Below, one piece after another: positions 37,101 through 49,351 of a DNA stretch of 64,000 nt. Source of the stretch: Phoronis australis. Its lineage: Eukaryota > Animalia > Phoronida. The notes below the pieces were generated by a model. The model saw only the letters and a list, made by a program, of their open reading frames with translations. It did not search any database and had not been told where the DNA came from. Positions within the stretch are counted from its first letter, which is position 1, and the number at the start of each line of letters is the position of its first letter. The stretch is taken from NCBI GenBank assembly GCA_002633005.1, contig NMRA01000009.1, positions 1,991,366 to 2,055,365 of the forward strand, read 5' to 3'. The position numbers and the translations under genes were made by a program.

Positions 37101-37342
37101 ACAACAATACAGTGTAGCTCTCTGATTGGTCAGTTCAATAGAAAAGCGCCACCAAGTGGCAGGAATGTGCATAATATTTCGTGCAACAAAAACACCTTTT
37201 TTCAAAAAAATGTGCAAGTGTCGACGTGGGAACTTTATGGAATTTGATTTATAGGTATATTATCTAGCCACATAGAAAAAACTAGGTTGCCCCCCCAAAG
37301 TACTCACAAGGATGAACGCTATGAGATCTGGCCCACCGACTA
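34127..37342 (-). mobile_element. Degenerate Academ DNA transposon
   Basis: TAG...CTA termini with imperfect TIRs (TAGGCGATGGGTCAGA / TCTGGCCCACCGACTA; TTGTGAGTACTTTAGGGGGGCAA / TTGCCCCCCCAAAGTACTCACAA) and a near 3-bp TSD (CTC/CTT). The minus-strand remnant 34862-35206 has the Academ-type C-terminus YPP..PEAPLTVL..KCKKNIC..CCNAGSNCIETCSCDNCSN; the rest is full of stops and frameshifts. Confidence 0.72.
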
Positions 37343-38999
37343 CTTGGCCGTCTAACGTTCACTGAGGTTTAAATAGATGGCTGTGTAACGTCCCGTTCAG
37401 ACATTAACTTTTGACGCTGCGCAACTGACAAGGCGGAAGTTGTACTCAGGAATGTGGAGAGCTCATGTGCAAAGATTAGTTGTTATTATTGTTATGGTGC
37501 TTCTTGTCAAGCCTCGAAGCCTTCTCTCTTCTCAAAAAGTAATAAAATGGAAGCGATATCAAAACGGTAAGAATCGTTTATTTTTGACAGAAAAAATGAC
37601 AAAACAAAATGACAAAAATACATAAGTTACACAATAGCAAGTAGTATGTGACAATTAAATTGGCTGGACTTGCTAGGCAACCATGGCAATAAACGTAGTT
37701 TTACTAATCAAGTACAAAAAATGTAAAGTTTGGTCAATAAGCAGTCAGTGTATCAGAATTGAGGTACATGATGAAATTTCATATTCAGAAAAACGTTTGT
37801 CTAAACGTTAGAACGTCAACCTTGGGTATAGTCAAATATTTTCTGTTTGCTATGAATAGAAAACGATCAACCTCACATAACATTCATAGAGACAACACTG
37901 TTTTCTAACTACATTAAACGTATTTACGCCTTGAAATAAAGGGCCTTCTCTTGCGAAGTTTGCTTTTTGCGAACGGTTCGCCAACGGACTTCTCTTTTCA
38001 TATTCAAGTTAAGAAGTACTTTGCAATATTTTGCAAACATTACTTTAACGTCATAATACTGAGCTTGCATTATTAATAGAGTCTCTTCATAATCTTTACG
38101 CGTACATGTATGACCAGAAGCACAAAGGTCGGCGAGAACGAACTAGACATAGCGTAAGAGCAAAAGTATTGATAACATTGTTTCTGTGTATTCAGGCCAG
38201 AACGTCTGCTTGTATGACAAAATATCTGTCAAAAATAATCGTGACAGCATAAGTAGACACAATTTTTGTTGGGTGCAATAGTCAATACCGTGCCCAAGTA
38301 TTTATAGTATGTTGCAATGCTCTAGAACTGTTCACTAATTCAAGCACATTCCATGAATTTCCCTGAAGGTTGTTGTGCGTAGCTAGGGCAGCGCAGGACG
38401 TCACTGACAAATATTAATAGCTCTCGGTGCGATCCTAGATTGAAGTATTTCGAATTAGTATCTGTGAACTTTGACCTTTGAACTCAAACACTTTCAGCAA
38501 CTGCCACTGTCGTTGACCAATTCGATAACTAATTGATGACAATGGACGAGCACTCCAGTGGCCAAATGATGGTATCACGTGATAAAGTGGATTGTTTGAA
38601 TCCATAGACACCCTTGAAGTCTTCAAATATTCATGTAGTTGAAATATACGTGTGCATAATGTTGTTAAAACTGACATCGTGCAACGAATTTAATCTGTTT
38701 TCAAAATGATTCCAATCTTTAGTTTAATAAGGAACCCTTTGAATTTCACAATTTTACCAGAAAGGCTTTTGTTCACGCGGCTATGACGGAAAAACTAAAT
38801 CTGTGACCCCATTTTTTGTAATATTGCTGTAAGCAAAGGTGAAATATAAACATGAAAATTCTTAAAAACTCAGCCATACAATGAAACTGCGTCGATCATC
38901 CTTCAACTCACTTTTCTCTACCATCTTAAGTGAGTCACATTTCCATCTGCCAGCCTTCTGGGGTTCTACTCGTCTTCCTATATATGTTTAGACAGTGCG

Positions 39000-41900
39000 T
39001 TATTCTTTCTTTGGTTTACTGACAATAAAAGAGCATCGGATATACAATCTACTATTTTCTTCAACAAACCCTTTCCTTGCAGAAGGCCTGTAAATTGCCC
39101 GATAAAGTTTTCCTACGCCTACTCTGTCGAGCGTGAGAATGATAGACAATTTATTGAGCAAAATCACGACTTTGTTGTGCTGGGAAACCTGTGATACTCT
39201 GTTGGACATAACTGCAATCAGAAAGTTGAGCAATAGTATCGACACAACACCTACATAGCAAGTGTGCATGACGATAACAACGGCTTCTTCAGGAGAGTTC
39301 ATTTCAAGACCGCTTGTGACGTCTACCATGTTGAGCATCATCTTGAAAGTGGAATACATACTGTCGAAAAAGGTTTCGAAGCCTTTGCTTAAGCACTGGC
39401 CTCTCAGGATGGCGAAGAAGCACGTTGCAAACGATACGTATATCAGTCCAAATACTGCCAAAAAGTTAAACATGCTTCGGAACATTTCGTGAAAAATGAT
39501 CACGAACTGGCCGATTACTGGGAAAATCCGAATAAAATACAGCAAGGACCAGAAGTTGGTCACAATTGATATTGCCAGTGCAAAATGGGCCAGAAAGAGA
39601 TTCTTTGGAAGGTCGCGTCGGTCTTGAAAAACAAATAGAGATACTGCTGAAGAAATTATGTGCATGAATTCGATAGCCGTGTAAAGGTCGTCTTTCGCCA
39701 CGTAAGTTGAATCACTGGTCTCATTAGCTACTTCTTTGGTGAACGTTTTGTTGCGGTACGTTACTACGGTTTCCGTCACGTGCCAAGTAACGGCAAATAA
39801 AATGCGACCTGCGGTAATAAAAATGACAAGACCAGTCAAACCGTCCTGACCCAGAATGGTTTCAAAATGCATGGAACTGAGATGCGGACATTCGATTGAT
39901 ATATTATGGAGCAACAGCGTAGCCTGTGAATTGTTTAAGAATGCCAGCTTTGAGTAGTTGATAATCAAAAGGCTAAATATTACAACGTACAGAGTCTTTA
40001 AACACGTCCATAACACAAGGATTGTCAGTAGTTGTGTTATCTGTATGGAAATCCAAGAGCCGAAAGGTGGTGTTAAGACAATCTTTGACGCGTTACCTTC
40101 TAATTGATCGTACGTCAGACGACGAAACATTTCGATAGGTGATTTTGACCTGCGGGAATTCGGACCATTTTTACAATAATCTGTGACGTCGTACCAAGTT
40201 TCCCAGCGCACACCTTTTTGCTTTTTGATGCAGTGGACACCTTCGGTATTGAAGAAATCTTCAAAAATTCCAAACGTCGCAACTTTCGCGGCCAACTCTA
40301 GAGGCCGATACCCTGAGCCATTTTCGTCTAGCAACAGTCGTTGAACTCCATTCAACGGAAGCCTTGAAAAGGTTTTGAAGAGTGCGCGGTACGTATCTTC
40401 GTAGTCCCGCCACACGGCGGAAGCCAGAACGCAGACGTGGGCAGCATTGTTACCATCTGCAAAAATAGCACCGAAAACTTACATCGTTGATAGAATTTCT
40501 TTTCGTCATTAGACGCCACATTTGTGTGGGAATGGAGAAGCTTGTTTTGACAGTACCTTTAAACAAAGAACTCTCACCCTCAAATGTGTGACTGTCATTT
40601 ACCTAGGAACGTCAACTTTTGAAATTTTTACGAAACGTTGAAATCTCGTCTTTTAACAACCAAGTTCAAGAGCTTTTCTTCGTGTAGGTCATTGAACACA
40701 CGTTCAACACCAATTGGCATTTACTCACGGCGATGGCCTTTTTACTACCGTTAATTTCTGTAACTGTACCTCCACGGTTTGCCCGAAGAAAATGCCGCGT
40801 GAAATTTTTACCTAAACATGCGCGCACCCAGCATAAAATATAGGGGGGGGTCTAACTTTTGACAATGTGAACCTTTACTAACAAGAAAAACGGGGGACTA
40901 AAAAAACGACGTACCGCGTTTCAGAGTTATGAATTGTGCATTCGCCAAATGGGGGGGGGGGCGGCTCATTCGAGCTCCCCTGGGTAGACCGTTACATTTA
41001 GATTTGACTTTACCAACTTGGTTCCATCTGCAACTGTTTCCTCCGATTCATGCACTACACGTTTTTCCACGTCTGTGTAATGTCTGAACGCTGTCGTCTA
41101 CTTGGACGATTTGCAGTGTCCCTAATGATGTTCATAAAACAGTCGCATCCCAAGCTGATACACCAGACAAGCAGACACCTTAGAAAAAACCGTTGTTGGT
41201 GTTTTATAAAGGCATTAACATTTCTACCATTTCTGGGAAATCGTCTAGTGCTAGGAGTCTAATCGTCCAGTGCACGGAGTCTAATCTTCCAGTGCCCGGA
41301 GTCTAATCGTCCAGTGCCCGGAGTTTAATCGTCCAGTGCCCGGAGTCTAGTCGTCCAGTGCCAGGAGTCTAGTCGTCCAGTGCCCGGAGTCTAATCGTCC
41401 AGTGCCCAGAGTCTAATCGTCCAGTGCCCGGAGTCTAATCTTTGTACTGGAAACAAAACTTAAAATTATTTTGGATTTTCCATTTTGTTTGAGCGAACTC
41501 AACATGAGTGTCTCATATTCTGTACTGAAGTACATTTAGGTTTACGTGTCTAATTCTAGTTTGCACTTCGTGACCGCAGCGTTAAAAAAACTACAAGCTG
41601 AAGTCTGAACTCGAAATCTCGAGTTTTTTTGCCTGCCAAGTCTTAAGTTTCTACTCGAGTTGGTATCTCAAATCAAGGGGCCATCAAGGGCGACCTTGTG
41701 CTAGTCAAATCATACTTTACTCGTGCAAAGAACAATTATATAGACACTTATCTTGAGTTTGCACAAAAATATAACGGAAAAGGTCAAAAACAATTTCGAG
41801 TTTGATTTCGAGTACGAAGATCAGACCCCGTAATGAGAGAGTACTTTCATTCACGGAGACATTATACTCACGATCAGCGGTCTGGACTAGACGAACTTAC

Positions 41901-44900
41901 TTTTATCAGTAACAAAGGGATCGGCTCCATTCTCCAAGAACCATTCGACAATGTTAGTCGATCTCAAGGATATGGCAAGCAACAAAGAGCGTGACAACCT
42001 GGCAGGAAATAGCTTTGAAGAACGCTTCCTTTCATATGAATACATGGCGTGCTTGCTCTTCATGTTTGGAAGGTCTTCAAACAGTTCATCGTCCTCTGTC
42101 TGAAACAACATTTGCCACTAGAAATTGACTTATCGGTGAATTTGTAAGCCGGGCAATCGATTTCCCTTCTAGAAACTAAAGGGTTTAGTTGATTCAATGT
42201 GTAATATGCGTTTTTGCTCTGTTTCTAATAAATCACATTTTACGCTAATGTCACGATCAGTGATAAGAAAACGTGAGATTTTCGCACTAATTCAAAACAC
42301 ATTTGTTTCAATTATATTGGTTAATACGACATACATAGCCTATCCCTGCGCCAGAAGGCAATTGTTAATCCAGAACGAACAACTGTGGACGAAACACTAA
42401 GGTTTATTGAGAACTAAATAGAATGAACGATGCCAGCACAAAATGGCAGACGGCAAAGAGATAGAGGGCGCTGACTACAGCGAAACGACATCTGGCGGAC
42501 TGGCGCTGGTTATAAAAAGCAGTGTTTTTAACCCGATGATTTACAGTTTTAATGTGACGGAATATGTCAAAGGAAAGTGTCAATGGTTGACTACATATTT
42601 TGTTAATTTGACCAAATATATTAACGCTATGTGCGCCTTGATTACTCGCCCTAGTCGATTGACGACCCAAGGTTTGAATGGAAAACTGCTTTGACGTGAA
42701 AACAGTCTGCAGTGGACTTGCAAATTGTCTGGCGTGCCCTTGGTCGTTGCTTTACTCAGCAATGGTTATTAAAGAACACTGTACCCAGAACTTCACGGGT
42801 TAAAACATTAAATTCTCATAATCAGCAAGAGTTTAATAAAATCTGATTGTATTCACTTTTCAAGTAGATTATTGACCGTTGTTATTATTGTACCAAGGAT
42901 GGAACATTCACTGACATTGCTTATCACACCATACGTACTGAAATATCGTTTGCAGAAAAGAGTAATTGATCCACAACAGTTAACAACACTGCAAATGGTT
43001 GACAATCAATGCAGGGCTCGACATACATGTACTACGATCAAACACTCGAAAATATCAGTGGAAAAAATAAAAATTAAATACGAGTATAAAACTGACCTCA
43101 CTTGCAACACTGGTATGCCAAGTGGACTTTCGGCGTTTTTTTTCGGTGTAGCAGTTGCCGGCAACCGCATCTCCGACAGCAGACCAGGAGATCGTGTTTA
43201 GCGTTGTCCACGGCCTAGTTTAAGACACTTATCCGCGAAGCCAGGGAGCGCCCTGGTCAACCACGACCTTTGAAATTGAAATACACATTTCCTGTAACCG
43301 TAATTAAGGTAGCTGCCGACGCTACAGTTAAATCGGTGGTCTCTAACCAACGAATGTAATCGAGTACATAAGTGCGCAATTTGAAATAGGAGAAAACACA
43401 CAATGAAAGGGTACCCGCCAAAATTCTAGGCATAACATGCCATACGAATACCATCAAAATTGTTGAAGATACATACAATATAAATCTAAATACGAACTCC
43501 TTCCACTTGTTCGCGCTGTTCAAACTTTTACAAGTCTAACGACTGAAAAACTTCCTGTCAAAAAATTTCCGCCAGACATGGTATATCCAGGCCGAATGAC
43601 GTATATCGGAGCGTGAGGATAATGCAATGCAAATTTCACAAGAAAAAAATCTTGTGTCAAATATTGGTTACGTATTGATTCAATAACTAATTTTGCATGG
43701 AGTTTTTCTCTGTGTCAATGGCTGCAGTGATTACAATACTTGGAACAGTGTACAAGTAGACGGTAACAATCCAAACTGAAGGCTCACTTAGCAAAAAAGG
43801 CAGAGGAAAGTTTGCCAAATGTCACACGGTACGTTCGGCGCTTCTGTGTGAATGATCAGTTCTTTGGATGGAATAAGGTAGGTCAAACATACTGCACACA
43901 TCACGAATTTTTGGCCGACCGGTCGGAAATTGGTCGACGACCGGCCGTCGACCTGTCGTCTAGCCGACCAGCAGCCGACCAACAACGGTCGGCTAGGAGC
44001 CGTCTGCTTAGTCGCCTCTGTGGTCGGCACTTGGGTCGGCTAATTGGTCGCCTAGCGTAGACGACCAATTCGGATTAAGCGTGTCCTTGGTCGGCAATTA
44101 CCATTTTATGACTTNNNNNNNNNNNNNNNNNNNNNNNNNNNNNNNNNNNNNNNNNNNNNNNNNNNNNNNNNNNNNNNNNNNNNNNNNNNNNNNNNNNNNN
44201 NNNNNNNNNNNNNNNNNNNNNNNNNNNNNNNNNNNNNNNNNNNNNNNNNNNNNNNNNNNNNNNNNNNNNNNNNNNNNNNNNNNNNNNNNNNNNNNNNNNN
44301 NNNNNNNNNNNNNNNNNNNNNNNNNNNNNNNNNNNNNNNNNNNNNNNNNNNNNNNNNNNNNNNNNNNNNNNNNNNNNNNNNNNNNNNNNNNNNNNNNNNN
44401 NNNNNNNNNNNNNNNNNNNNNNNNNNNNNNNNNNNNNNNNNNNNNNNNNNNNNNNNNNNNNNNNNNNNNNNNNNNNNNNNNNNNNNNNNNNNNNNNNNNN
44501 NNNNNNNNNNNNNNNNNNNNNNNNNNNNNNNNNNNNNNNNNNNNNNNNNNNNNNNNNNNNNNNNNNNNNNNNNNNNNNNNNNNNNNNNNNNNNNNNNNNN
44601 NNNNNNNNNNNNNNNNNNNNNNNNNNNNNNNNNNNNNNNNNNNNNNNNNNNNNNNNNNNNNNNNNNNNNNNNNNNNNNNNNNNNNNNNNNNNNNNNNNNN
44701 NNNNNNNNNNNNNNNNNNNNNNNNNNNNNNNNNNNNNNNNNNNNNNNNNNNNNNNNNNNNNNNNNNNNNNNNNNNNNNNNNNNNNNNNNNNNNNNNNNNN
44801 NNNNNNNNNNNNNNNNNNNNNNNNNNNNNNNNNNNNNNNNNNNNNNNNNNNNNNNNNNNNNNNNNNNNNNNNNNNNNNNNNNNNNNNNNNNNNNNNNNNN

Positions 44901-47211
44901 NNNNNNNNNNNNNATAAATTAAATTTAACTTGTTAAATGCATTTATCGTCATTATTTTGACACTTGTCTCTTTATTTTGAGACCAGTCCTTAGGGTTTAT
45001 TTTGCATTACTCATCTCTATTTATAGCCTCTAGGGCCTACTTTTGTATTCATACGTTTCTCTACGCGACTCCTGATTGGTCGCCCATATTTCCTTTGTTC
45101 TGTTCAACGTGGTCTCTCATTCAGCCACCTACCTCGTCGTCTACAAGACCTACGTTCGTTCTCTTCATTTTTTCCCCACCCCCCCATCCCGGGTGGCGGT
45201 TCCACTTTCTGTTTGCTCGTATACACTTCCTTTTCAGGTTTTGTGTTCATGTTCTGTACTTTTCCTTTAAGCCCTTCAGGCAGTTCTTTTGTTTTGTTCC
45301 CTCTTGCAGGGCTATTCACTGTACACGCCGGTGGGCGTTTTCTGCATGCCCATCTTGCAGAGTCTTAGTTAGTTTTATCTATTACGTCATAATAAATGAC
45401 AAATATTCCCAATCCTCCTCTTTTTACTCTGCAACATAGCTTTGGCGTACCCCGGGCAAAATAGATTACGATAAATAACATGATCGCTATACGTGTGGTA
45501 TAACATGATCGTTATATGTGTGATATAACATGATCGTTATACGCGTGGTATTACATGATCGTTACGTGGTATAACATACGACCATCCGTGGCGAGATTGT
45601 GCAATTACAAGTACTTCTGGAGTGAGCAGGATAATCACCTCTACACGAGCTTGATGCAAAATTCGACATTTGTTAAAGAGTTCCCACCATGACCTTTTGT
45701 CTCAAAAAGAATTTTATTAATACATCTGAAGAGATTTAATAGCTTTTAATATACCTGTTGCTAAAAAACAAGCCAAATTATTAAATAAAATATTTTTATC
45801 GAGGTTGTACGTAATGGGTGGAAGACCGTCTCGCCGTTGTTTTTTTTTACCCGAGTGCGATATTGCGGAATCGTGAGGAAACTCCGCAGAGAGCCACCGT
45901 TTTCAGACATGTATTTGTATATTTTGTGAATATTGACCACCCTTTGATTCAGATGGTTGTAGGAAGTCGAATTCATTGTCTGATTCTTCAATTACTTGAG
46001 TGTGATGCCCATATCCACTCTCTTCTCTGTCTGCATAATAACTGTCAAGTTCTCCTCAAAATCGTCCTCGTCTCCTGATTTGCTGTGTTCCGCCATTGCA
46101 ACTGACTGTCAAGTGACCAAACGTCTTCCACTAATTACATCATTTGGAAGGAAACTTGAAAATAACGAATTTATCTTCCAAATAAAAAATACGACTATTT
46201 GACATCAAAAGTGCTTATTTATTTAGATTTTATGGTATTCATTTCATATTAGCTAACTGAAACCTTAAAATCTAAGGAAATGCATGGTAGGAACTTTTTA
46301 ATGTTCGTGTTAATCTGGGAAAAATAGGCCACGTGACATTTTTCATAGTGAATATTTATTTGCCGGGATCGTAAAACCACCTAGTTTTGTCAAAATTAAG
46401 TTTTTCGATTGGCGTGTTTATTGAAAATACTTAAAATTTTGTGGAAACTCGACAGTAAAATCTTCCCATTTTCCATTCCAAACAACTCAAAGCCTATATA
46501 AGTTGGTAAGAACAAAGGTTCACTAAATTTAATTAACTCTTCCATGACGTGTTTGGCTATTTTATTGCAGATTAAATAAGGTGTGCGTGCGTTAGACATG
46601 AAAGTAAATGACTGAAGCGTTTGAGTTTTGCTTCTATAATATCTAGAAATCTTTAGCTAGGTCGTAATTTTTCAAAACTTCGTCAAGTAGTAATTAACAT
46701 ATTTAAATATGTTCTACAACCACTTCTTAATTTGAAGCTCAAAAATCAACACTCATATATGCACGTTGGAACAGACAGTGTCTCTGACTGAGCTGGGCAA
46801 GAGAAGATGACGTTTGAACACTTTGGTAGGAAACAGATGAATAAGAGAAATCAAAATGAGTCACGTGACCTGCTCGTGTTTTGTGCAGCCGCCTCATGAG
46901 GTCGGCCCAACATGAGGCATTCGGGTAATTTAACGTACCTCAAATTCTCCATTTAAAAGGATTTGTTTCTCTTTTGTACTCAATGTTTGGAAATGTGTTT
47001 CCAAATCAGCCACATCGTCTCTAGCGAGTAGTGAAACCCAATAGTTGCTCTGAGATAATATTGGCGTTTGATCCGGTGAGGTGAGTCTAAACCCAGACAT
47101 CCCTTCATATTCATCACTATTAAACGACGGGTTGACTTCAGTGCGAGTATCAGGGGTGTGGCCTGTCTTCAGTGTAGACTTCAAAGTACTCAAGTCGCTC
47201 ACGGAATTCAT
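39000..47211 (-). CDS. TRPV5/6-like (TRPV/TRPVL-type) 6-TM cation channel, paralogue 3, ~642 aa, 3 exons
   Basis: Minus-strand exons 47211-46939, 42099-41901 and 40456-39000, GT-AG, phases 0 and 1. Ankyrin motifs IVEWFLENGADPFVTDKNGNNAAH and ENGSGYRPLELAAK; WETWYDVTD; pore YSTFKMMLNMVD; S6 LLNFLIAVM. Collinear with the 3881-9826 gene. Intron 1 contains an assembly gap. Confidence 0.88.
41239..41440. repeat. 22-bp minisatellite, ~9 copies
   Basis: Unit GGAGTCTAATCGTCCAGTGCCC tandemly repeated without spacers. Confidence 0.93.
44115..44913. other. Assembly gap (N run)
   Basis: 799 consecutive N. Confidence 0.99.
45475..45578. repeat. ~25-bp tandem repeat, ~4 copies
   Basis: Unit approximately GTGTGGTATAACATGATCGTTATAC. 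Confidence 0.8.
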
Positions 47212-47754
47212 TTTGTTTACGAAGCTATTCCGGGAAACGTGTGTAAATATATCAAAATGTCTTGAATGGTGGAGATATACTTCGACAGAGGTCCACCGAT
47301 AAAAGCACAATTGGTCTTTGGTAGCTTATAGTGCTGCCTCGCATCACTTATAGCGTGCAAATACTCGTGCTACAACAAGTAAAATCCAATAAGTATGAAT
47401 CAAATCGTGACTTATTACAAACATTGACATGGTCAAATAATACTTCTTAAACCGTTTAAACGTTTGCATATTGGTGTCTGGCAATTAGTGTCCTTGGCAA
47501 TAAAACAAAACACCAATGAATTATACATTACTGATACTTAATTGGCACCAAATGGCTGGCTAGTAGCATTGCGCAGAGTGTGTGAATCGAATTTCTAAAA
47601 CGGTACACCTTTTCATCAGAATTTTAGCAAACGTCGGCACAAGATTTTTTGGTGTCGGTAGCGCCTTTAGGCAGCAAAACTCGGAGTTAGGGAAATCCGT
47701 ATACACGACGATGACTTTCGGCTCCATTTTCCTGAGAAGAGACGGAATTCTTAA

Positions 47755-48370
47755 AGGCGAAGGCAACCTTTTTTCATGTGAGTTTTAGCAAAAATAAGGT
47801 TCGTTGATTATCCCAGACATATTTTTCACTTATTTACTGCTTTTCGTAATTTAATTAATTACTCGTCGTCTACTCCGGAAGTGACGTTTTGGGAGGCAAG
47901 AATTTCTCGCCAATTTCTTTTCATATAGTCTTACTGTGAGAGCAGTCGAGTCAGTCATTGCTCTACCTTGGTTGTGATAAGTTCGGTCGTCGCTTGCTTT
48001 TGCTTACGAGTCAGTCAACATGCCAGGCTGTTGCTGCGTACTAGGGTGTACTCATCGTCTCACGTACATAGGAAGAACTGTCCCACTTGCCCGAGTGTCC
48101 CGCGACACACTCCCACTGGAGGGTGATCTGAGCACCCAAACTACTTAGATCCCGCCGTGTGACTCCCTCGCCACACACCTGGCACCTTCTAAATAGCTCC
48201 AATCCAATACAAGTCCACATTAAACTTATCAAAGTTAGGCTCACCGATCTGTTCATTGGATGACGAACTGTCCTCTTCACTGGGTGTCGAACTGGACCTG
48301 GATTCACTCCCACAACTCTGCTAACAGGCTCTGGGTTAGAGACAACAGCACAGGGCGAATCACTGCTACA
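47755..48370. mobile_element. Truncated Kolobok-type element (homologue of 60679-61957)
   Basis: Starts TTAA|AGGCGAAGGCAACC like the 60679 copy. Carries a minus-strand transposase zinc-finger remnant (LELFRRCQVCG..WECVAGHSGKWDSS) and is cut off at ~48370 by an arm of the palindromic element. Confidence 0.78.
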
Positions 48371-48371
48371 C

Positions 48372-48915
48372 CAATTGAAAATTTAAATATTATAGAAATA
48401 AATTGAATTTATAAATTAAGGTTTACCAACTATTATAGCTCAAAACACGTTTTTTTTCACGCTAAGCTTCGACCGGGAAATTATCGTCTGCTAAAGTAGG
48501 TTACCACTGGTAACTGAATATAATTCTCAAGTCAAAGATCCTGACGACACGATACCCGCATTCAAAGTAGAGATCCGTGATTTACAAGTAAGAGGACATG
48601 GGAGAAAAATTTCACCAAATTAAGATATCGTTTTTATGGAAATTATGTGTCTTTTTTTTCGTAGCGTATAAGTACAGTACAATGCGGTTTGTTGAACGTG
48701 CGATTATTGCGCGTGCTCATTTAAGTATTCTATTTTCACTCTTGATGACGTCAGTCGCTGCGTGGTGTAGTGGTAAAGTCGGCGACCAGCAATATGAGGG
48801 TCCCGGGTTCGACCCCGTCCTCGGTTTCCCGCCAAATCGTTATCTCACTAGTGAGATAACTTTATGGGTTATTACACGGTTGTATCTGCCATTTGACGCT
48901 AATATTGTGGTATAA
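48372..48915. mobile_element. Single arm of the palindromic tRNA-head element (see 27473-28783)
   Basis: Near-identical to 27525-28009 and to the reverse complement of 28014-28552. Confidence 0.82.
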
Positions 48916-49291
48916 GCTGTTGTACACACTTGTCGATAAGGTCTTACATAACCTTCACTCTGGAGCTAGAAATTCCATTTGAAGGAGTTATTGTCTCGAT
49001 CGGTCGACTGTTACTATCTCTGTCGATGGAGTTATTAACTCTATCGATAACATTATTAACTCCAGTTATGGAGTTAGTAAGTCTATCAATAGAGTTACTA
49101 TCTCTATCGAAGGTGTAAAATAAACGATTGAGTTACTTTATATTACTATCGATAGAGTTTTTAAATATGTCTATCCACAAAGTTAGGGCTGGGGAAGACC
49201 CGTCTTGACTTTTCCAGCCAAGGTAAAGTACAGATAAATACATTGTACGAGCGATTGAGTGAAACTCCAATCTTAATCGCGCTAGAAGTAA

Positions 49292-49297
49292 TTTATT
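49292..49297 (-). promoter_or_regulatory. Candidate polyadenylation signal of the astacin gene
   Basis: AATAAA on the minus strand ~55 nt after the stop codon; conserved at the same position in the duplicate (63176-63181). Confidence 0.5.
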
Positions 49298-49351
49298 AAG
49301 TTGATTCAACAGTAGTCAAACTTTTAATATTTCAATTTAAGTTAAAAATAA

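Noticed and set aside
41239-41440. CRISPR-like array (also considered for 25727-26237 and 56783-56982)
   Set aside because: The units are contiguous with no unique spacers, there are no cas genes, and the context is eukaryotic intron: these are minisatellites.
44081-44952. 278-284-aa ORFs
   Set aside because: Almost entirely N; assembly gap.
45761-46100. Minus-strand acidic ORF-like stretch (MAEHSKSGDEDDFEEN..) in intron 1 of channel paralogue 3
   Set aside because: Interrupted by a stop and has no counterpart in paralogue 2; at most an unclassifiable transposon relic.
48930-49165. Leucine-periodic ORF (LLSLSMELLTLSITLL..)
   Set aside because: Product of a degenerate ~21-bp tandem repeat (CTATCGATAGAGTTACTATCT-like), not a leucine zipper or LRR gene.
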